Shown here: piece by piece, positions 58,870 through 64,000 of the stretch | How the letters are laid out: each line of letters starts with the position of its first letter | How positions within the stretch are numbered: the first letter of the stretch is position 1 | DNA from: Gemmatimonadota bacterium | GTDB taxonomy: Bacteria; Gemmatimonadota; Gemmatimonadetes; Gemmatimonadales; Gemmatimonadaceae | NCBI GenBank assembly: GCA_031372565.1 | Contig: JANMLN010000054.1 | Location: forward strand, 55,063-119,062 | Reading direction: 5' to 3' | DNA length: 64,000 bases | Program-made: the position numbers and the translations under genes | Notes under the pieces: generated by a model | Database searches by the model: none | The model's input: only the letters and a program-made list of their open reading frames with translations | Told to the model about the DNA's origin: nothing

Positions 58870-60384
58870 TCAGCACCCAGAGGGATTGTCCGTTGGCGAA
58901 GTCCGCTTCCCGTTCGGCCGTGACGTTCCATCCACGGTGAGCGTGTTGCCGTACCCTGACGGGTGATCAAACCACGCCGAGCTCCACGGGGCGTCGCCAC
59001 CGAGCTGCAGGGAATATCTCGAGTTGGCCAGGAATGACTCCGTCGTATTCGTCAGCGTACGGGAGATCCGGGTGAACGACACCAGCAGGTTGTTCCGGCA
59101 GCTCGGCCCGACAGCATTGCCCGACAAGCTCACGTCGATATTGCCAGGCACCACCGGTGAGACCGGCGGCGTGCCCGTGGCCGGCACCGGGGTGTTCGCG
59201 TCAACGCTGACCGCAAAGTTGTTCTTGTAGAGCGTATTGTTGGTCAGCGTGACAACGCCTGACTGGGCAGTCGTCCCCGCCTTGTTCGAGGTGAACGTCA
59301 CGAGCCGGACGCCCGTGCCGAACCCCTTCGCCTGTCGCACATGGCCACTGATGTCGTTGTTCGATACCACCGCCGTGTCCGCCGCCATCGCGGGCGCCAC
59401 GTATGGTGTGATGACAATGCCAGATGGATTGAGCGTCATCGGAAAGTTGGGAAGCACGGCAACCGGCGCGAGGAACAGCCCGACAAACCCGCCGTCAAGT
59501 ATGCGGTTGCCCGCGACAGCGTACGTGCCCGGACCGGCGATGCAGAACCCGCATGCCGTGCCGAGCCGCCGTGCGTAGTTCTCGCGCACTGTTGCGTTGG
59601 ACGCACGCAGATCCACGCCGGACTGCATGGTCGGCTCGAAGTGGTTGCCGCGAATGACGAGCCCGCGCACGCGCATCGCGCCAATGCCGACCCCACCGGC
59701 CACCGCGGACGTTGCCGAGAGGCCCGACGTGAAGCGGAAGTTCTCCACCACCACATTGTGGCCATGGTAGTCCGTCTCGTCATCCGCCACGACCACGTAC
59801 GTCTCCGCGGCCGACAACCCACGATCTGGCGCAAGGATGGACGCCCCCTGCGCGGGCGCGTCTGTCGCCCGCCCCTTCGCATCCAGCAACATCGCCTGCG
59901 CACCGCGGAGCGTGAGATCCGGCACTCCGATGAACAGTGGGTACCGCTCGATCGTCGGTCCCGTCGTGTCGAAGCTTCCCGTATATGTGCCCGCATCGAT
60001 CGTGATCGTGATGCGGCACGCCGCCACCTCCTTCTCGTTGTGCGCCCGCCGCGTCGAATCCGCCGCATCCACCGCGTCGGTGATCCGCGCGAAGTGAATG
60101 CCGTCGCCCGCGGCCGGTGCACCCTGGCTCACGCTCCAGGCAAGCGCGTAGTCGCCATGGCCTCGATGCGCTGGCCAGGCTGACATCGGAAGGCTGAGCA
60201 CCTTGTCGCGGCCCTCAAGGTGGCAGATCTCGATCTTGTCGTTCCCGATCTTCACGGACAATACATCCATTGGCGCCATCACATTGGCCGGCGCGTCGCT
60301 GCTGCAACCGGCGACGAGGAGGCTGAGTAGCGTGCCGACCAGCACGGAAGCACCTTTCACTTTCGACGATCGGTAGATGAGCAT
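58870..60384 (-). CDS. Lipoprotein with right-handed beta-helix-like repeats
   Basis: Lipobox VAGC; ICH...HRGHGD motif; repeated x-V/I-x-x-N-x-I/F. Confidence 0.75.
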   Translation of the reverse strand: MLIYRSSKVKGASVLVGTLLSLLVAGCSSDAPANVMAPMDVLSVKIGNDKIEICHLEGRDKVLSLPMSAWPAHRGHGDYALAWSVSQGAPAAGDGIHFARITDAVDAADSTRRAHNEKEVAACRITITIDAGTYTGSFDTTGPTIERYPLFIGVPDLTLRGAQAMLLDAKGRATDAPAQGASILAPDRGLSAAETYVVVADDETDYHGHNVVVENFRFTSGLSATSAVAGGVGIGAMRVRGLVIRGNHFEPTMQSGVDLRASNATVRENYARRLGTACGFCIAGPGTYAVAGNRILDGGFVGLFLAPVAVLPNFPMTLNPSGIVITPYVAPAMAADTAVVSNNDISGHVRQAKGFGTGVRLVTFTSNKAGTTAQSGVVTLTNNTLYKNNFAVSVDANTPVPATGTPPVSPVVPGNIDVSLSGNAVGPSCRNNLLVSFTRISRTLTNTTESFLANSRYSLQLGGDAPWSSAWFDHPSGYGNTLTVDGTSRPNGKRTSPTDNPSGC

Positions 60385-60472
60385 GGGACACTCCGTGAGG
60401 CCTGCTGCGTGCGCATCCCTTTGGAGTGCGCCACGCCGCCGGCAAGAATGGTGTTGAGGGGCACGCTACAGC

Positions 60473-62665
60473 ATGACCGTCCACAAATCGTCCATTCGCC
60501 CACAAGTGCCGATCGTTCCCCTGCGCGATCCACGACCGAAGCTCGACCTGCTCGGCGCCGTGCGCGTGTATCGCGAGGACTCGGGTGGCAGGCTGATCCT
60601 CACCGCCCCGTTGCAAATCGCCGTGCTCGCGTACCTGGTCCTCGCACGGCCACGAGGGCTGCATGCGCGCGACACACTCATCGCCATGTTCTGGCCCGAG
60701 GCCGACACCGACGCTGGGCGACACGCCCTCCGCAACGTGCTCACGGCCATTCGCCGCGCACTCGGCAACGATGCCGTGGTCACCGCGGGGCACACCCTCG
60801 TCGGCATCGACACCACGCGCGTCGTGTGCGATGCGCGCCTCCTCGAGGACGACCTTGCCGCCAGCCGCCTGACCAATGCCATTGCGCGCTACGAAGGCGA
60901 GCTGCTTCAGGGCTTCCATGTCTCCCGCGCGCCGGAGTTCGAACGGTGGCTCGACGCCGAGCGTCGGCGGTTCCTCGAGACCGTCGTCCAGGCCGCATGG
61001 TCCGTTGCCGCGGCGCACCGTACTGCCGGCGATCTCGAAGCCGCCGCACTCGCTGCCAAGCGCGCCGCAGGCCTCGTCCCCGATGACGAACGCGCACTGC
61101 GACGTCTGCTCGTCCTGCTCGGCGATGCCGGACAGCGTGCCGCGGCAATTCGCGCCTACGAGGAGTTTGCCGTCATGCTGACGCGCGAATTCGGCGCCGA
61201 GCCTTCTGCCGAGACGAAGCGCGTCATCGAGGCAATCCGCGGTCCGCGGTCATGGCCCCCAGAACCAGGGGACGTCGTCACCCTCGCGGTGCTACCGTTC
61301 GTCCCCGACCCCTCGCTTTCGGACGCCGCCGGCATCTGTGAGTCACTCGGTGCTGGCGTCTTTGCGAGTCTCGCGCGGATGCCCCGCTTCATTGTCCGTA
61401 CGCGTGGCGTCGCCTCGCAGCACGCGCACGCTGCGGTCAAGCCCATCGCCGCTGGACGCTCGCTCGAGGTCGACGCCATCGTTACCGCCAGGGTTCTCGG
61501 AGGGGCCCAACCCGACGCAGTGATGGTTCGCCTCGCCGTGATTCGCGTATCTGACGAGAAGGTCCTGCACCAAGAGACGTTTACCTCGCATGATGTCGAC
61601 CTCCACGCCCTCGAGGGGCAAATGGCGGCCGTTGTTGGTGAAGCGCTGGATGCCTCAACTCCCGAACGCGGTACGCCCACGCGCGTTGCGCGTCCATCGG
61701 TCGATGGTGAGGCATACATCCTCTATGTGCGCGGCAACTATCTCTTCCTGCGCGCGGTCCACGGTGGCCACGCAGAGGATCTCAACCGCAGCCGCGACTT
61801 CTTCGAGCAGGCGATCGAACGCGATCCCGGCTTCGCCCTCGCGCAAGCCGGTCTCACCAACTATTTCGCGGCAGCCGCGGTCCGCAACGTCCTTCGCCCC
61901 TTCCGCGAGCACTTCGGCCACGCCATCGACTTGTCTCGCCATGTGATCACGCTCGACCCCACGCAGGCCATTCCGCACGTCCACTTCGGCGTTCAGGCGC
62001 TCTATCTCGACTGCGACTGGGATGCTGCCGGACATGAATTCGCGACCGCGACGCAGCTCGATCCCACCTACGCCGAAGGCCACCGCTTTTATGGTATCTA
62101 CCTTGGCTGTGTCGGCAGGACTGCCGAGGCGATGCGTGCGCTTCGCGAGGCGGCGCGTCTTGAGCCACACATCGCGATCTTTCACAATTCCCTCGCGGAC
62201 GCACACATGGCCGCGCGTGCGTACGACGAAGCCATCGCGGCGCTCCGTACCGCTTTGCGGGTGGACCCGCAGTACACCGCCGCCCGCAATCGCCTCATCC
62301 GCTGCTACGAGCGACTTGGCCGTTTCGAGGATGCTGTCGCGGAGCGCGGCGAGGCAGGCCCATCAGGTCTTGCCGAGGAGTTCGCGGTCGCGCTACGCGC
62401 TGGCGGCGTCGACGGATACCGCACGGCGCGCGAACGGGAGCTGCGCAGCGTCATTGCCGACCTCGAGTCGCGCATCACGGACGGCAAGCCGCTCGACGCG
62501 AGCGACTACTTCAGCCCCGTGCAGCTGAGGCTCGCGCTCGCGCATGCCGAGCTCGGCGAGTGGGATCGTGCGCGAGAGTGGGAAGCGCATGCCTGCTCGC
62601 GGCGGCCCGGTGTGCGTCTGTGGTTCCGTGCCAACGCGGATCTCGCGCCGCTCTATTCGGAGTAG
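60473..62665 (+). CDS. SARP/BTAD transcriptional activator with TolB-N-like and TPR domains
   Basis: LDLLG, LAYL, RDTLIAMFWPE, YEGELL..F, EPSAET, LAVLPF, TPR-like repeats. Confidence 0.88.
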   Translation: MTVHKSSIRPQVPIVPLRDPRPKLDLLGAVRVYREDSGGRLILTAPLQIAVLAYLVLARPRGLHARDTLIAMFWPEADTDAGRHALRNVLTAIRRALGNDAVVTAGHTLVGIDTTRVVCDARLLEDDLAASRLTNAIARYEGELLQGFHVSRAPEFERWLDAERRRFLETVVQAAWSVAAAHRTAGDLEAAALAAKRAAGLVPDDERALRRLLVLLGDAGQRAAAIRAYEEFAVMLTREFGAEPSAETKRVIEAIRGPRSWPPEPGDVVTLAVLPFVPDPSLSDAAGICESLGAGVFASLARMPRFIVRTRGVASQHAHAAVKPIAAGRSLEVDAIVTARVLGGAQPDAVMVRLAVIRVSDEKVLHQETFTSHDVDLHALEGQMAAVVGEALDASTPERGTPTRVARPSVDGEAYILYVRGNYLFLRAVHGGHAEDLNRSRDFFEQAIERDPGFALAQAGLTNYFAAAAVRNVLRPFREHFGHAIDLSRHVITLDPTQAIPHVHFGVQALYLDCDWDAAGHEFATATQLDPTYAEGHRFYGIYLGCVGRTAEAMRALREAARLEPHIAIFHNSLADAHMAARAYDEAIAALRTALRVDPQYTAARNRLIRCYERLGRFEDAVAERGEAGPSGLAEEFAVALRAGGVDGYRTARERELRSVIADLESRITDGKPLDASDYFSPVQLRLALAHAELGEWDRAREWEAHACSRRPGVRLWFRANADLAPLYSE

Positions 62666-62667
62666 GC

Positions 62668-62835
62668 TTCACCATAGGACTTCGCGCGCCCCATTCTGCC
62701 GCGGAGCTGCGGCAAAGCTGCCCCGACCAGCACGACTGGCAGACCTCGCTGCGCGGTGCGATGCAGCGCCGTGATGAGTGCCGCGAGTTCCTCCTCTTTC
62801 ACGTACTGCAGCTCGTCGACGAACAAGGCGAGCGC
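62668..62835 (-). pseudogene. Internal fragment of an AAA-type ATP-binding protein
   Basis: ALALFVDELQYVKEEELAALITALHRTAQRGLPVVLVGAALPQLRGRMGRAKSYGE (Walker B region). Confidence 0.7.
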
Positions 62836-63149
62836 CCTTGATTTATCGAGATTCGATAATATCGCTAATTGTGGTACACACTCTAGAAATGAGAAGGGGG
62901 CGAGTCGCGCATAGGCTTTTGGGTCAACAGGTTACGGCGACCATAGCCGAGCAGCTTGCGAGATCGCGCAGCTGGGTCTCCATGAAAGAAAGAACCCCGG
63001 CGTGTGCCCGAGGCCAGACTCCGGGGGAGCGCTGAGGACCCGTAGGACTATGGGACGAGCGCGTCGGTGCCTTCGATGGAGAAGCGCCTGTAGCCCGTGA
63101 AGGCGCGGCCGAGGAAGCGTTCGAGCCCGTCCACCTCGATGAGGCGGCG

Positions 63150-63265
63150 GCGGAGAAGTACTGTCGCCACGAGGTGTCAACAGCGGCGGGGTCGGCGCGC
63201 CAGCGGTCGAACATCTCGGCGATGTAGCCGTCGTTGAAGACGGAGGTGGTGGGGTCGCCGGGTAT
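63150..63265 (-). pseudogene. sucA: 5' fragment of 2-oxoglutarate dehydrogenase E1
   Basis: [36 protein letters not shown], like the SucA N-terminal DP.SV..SW..F motif; preceded by ATA rather than ATG. Confidence 0.7.
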
Positions 63266-63420
63266 GGTCTTTCTGCTGTAGCCGCAAGGACCGACACCCG
63301 CAGCGGTGCGTCAGGCGGTGTGTGCACCTCAGCTCTGCCTTAGGGGTCGCCGCGATTCCTCTCCAGAGAATCACATATCGGATGTATGACCGGAGATTGT
63401 GCTTTGACATTTTCGACTAT

Positions 63421-63527
63421 ATTCAATATTCAAGAATGCTGAATGTCTCGTGTGCGTATGTCTCTGAGTTTTCTCGAATGTCGCAACTGTCTCTTGTGCG
63501 CATATTCAATATTCAGGAATTGAGAAT
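63421..63527. promoter_or_regulatory. Two copies of a symmetric operator-like motif
   Basis: ATTC-N3-ATTC-N2-GAAT-N3-GAAT at 63421-63444 and 63504-63527. Confidence 0.65.
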
Positions 63528-63539
63528 GAGGGTACCTGT

Positions 63540-64000
63540 ATGAACAAGCAGGAGTCGCTGAAGCCAATCGATGTCGCCGTGGTCGTCGCGCTGGCGTTGC
63601 GACACCCACAGACGGCCAGCACCTACAGCGAGCTGGCGGAAGAGCTCGCTGTGAGTGCCAGCACAGTGCACGGATCGGTGCAACGACTTCAGAAGACAGG
63701 ACTCCTGCGAGCCGGATCTCGGGAGCCGAATCTTCATGAACTACGGAACTACCTGGTCCACGGTGTGAAACACTCATTTCCGCCGATTCTCGGACGTGTC
63801 ATGAAGGGTGTGCCTACGGCGCACTCAGGACCGGCCCTCAGCGATCAATTCGAGAGTTCAAACCCGTTTGTTTGGCCCGACGTGCACGGAAGCATTCGAG
63901 GTACGAGCTTGACACCCCTCTATCCACGCGCCGTCCGACTGCCGGCGCATTCTCCGCAGCTGTATCAGGTGCTCACGCTGATAGACGCCCTTCGGGTGGG
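63540..64000 (+). CDS. HTH protein (putative TA-associated regulator), 3'-truncated by window edge
   Basis: MNKQESLKPIDV...YSELAEELAVSASTVHGSVQRL...HGVKHSFP...GVPTAHS...PFVWP...PLYP...DALRVG. Confidence 0.8.
   Translation, partial: MNKQESLKPIDVAVVVALALRHPQTASTYSELAEELAVSASTVHGSVQRLQKTGLLRAGSREPNLHELRNYLVHGVKHSFPPILGRVMKGVPTAHSGPALSDQFESSNPFVWPDVHGSIRGTSLTPLYPRAVRLPAHSPQLYQVLTLIDALRV

Noticed and set aside
62870..63040. Possible tRNA remnant or att site
   Set aside because: No cloverleaf, T-loop or CCA end recognisable

Overview
High-GC bacterial chromosomal window. Gene style (Ser/Thr kinases with TPR or beta-propeller tails, SARP/BTAD regulator, Oar-like TonB receptors, PEP-CTERM) suggests Gemmatimonadota; that assignment is inference. 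Bases 1-39 kb hold mostly housekeeping and periplasmic/secreted genes: ppc, pgi, recQ, two TonB-dependent receptors, peptidases, a patatin, and a subclass B3 metallo-beta-lactamase with Glu in place of His116. Bases 39-64 kb are accessory and show many recombination scars. The most unusual structure is at 42.9-51.1 kb. There, toxin-antitoxin-like, nucleotidyltransferase and AAA-ATPase modules are stacked upstream of a Ser/Thr kinase and separated by truncated copies of the kinase 5' end, each translationally coupled to the cargo gene before it. This looks like a kinase-anchored cassette array. Also present: a RelE/ParE-like TA pair with integron-cassette-like boundaries inside 43-bp direct repeats; a secreted beta-trefoil/Cys-rich repeat protein; and several gene remnants (multicopper oxidase, acetamidase, VOC, AAA ATPases, sucA 5' end). 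No rRNA, tRNA, CRISPR array, integrase or transposase was recognised. Family calls come from motif recognition by eye, and many start codons are estimates.
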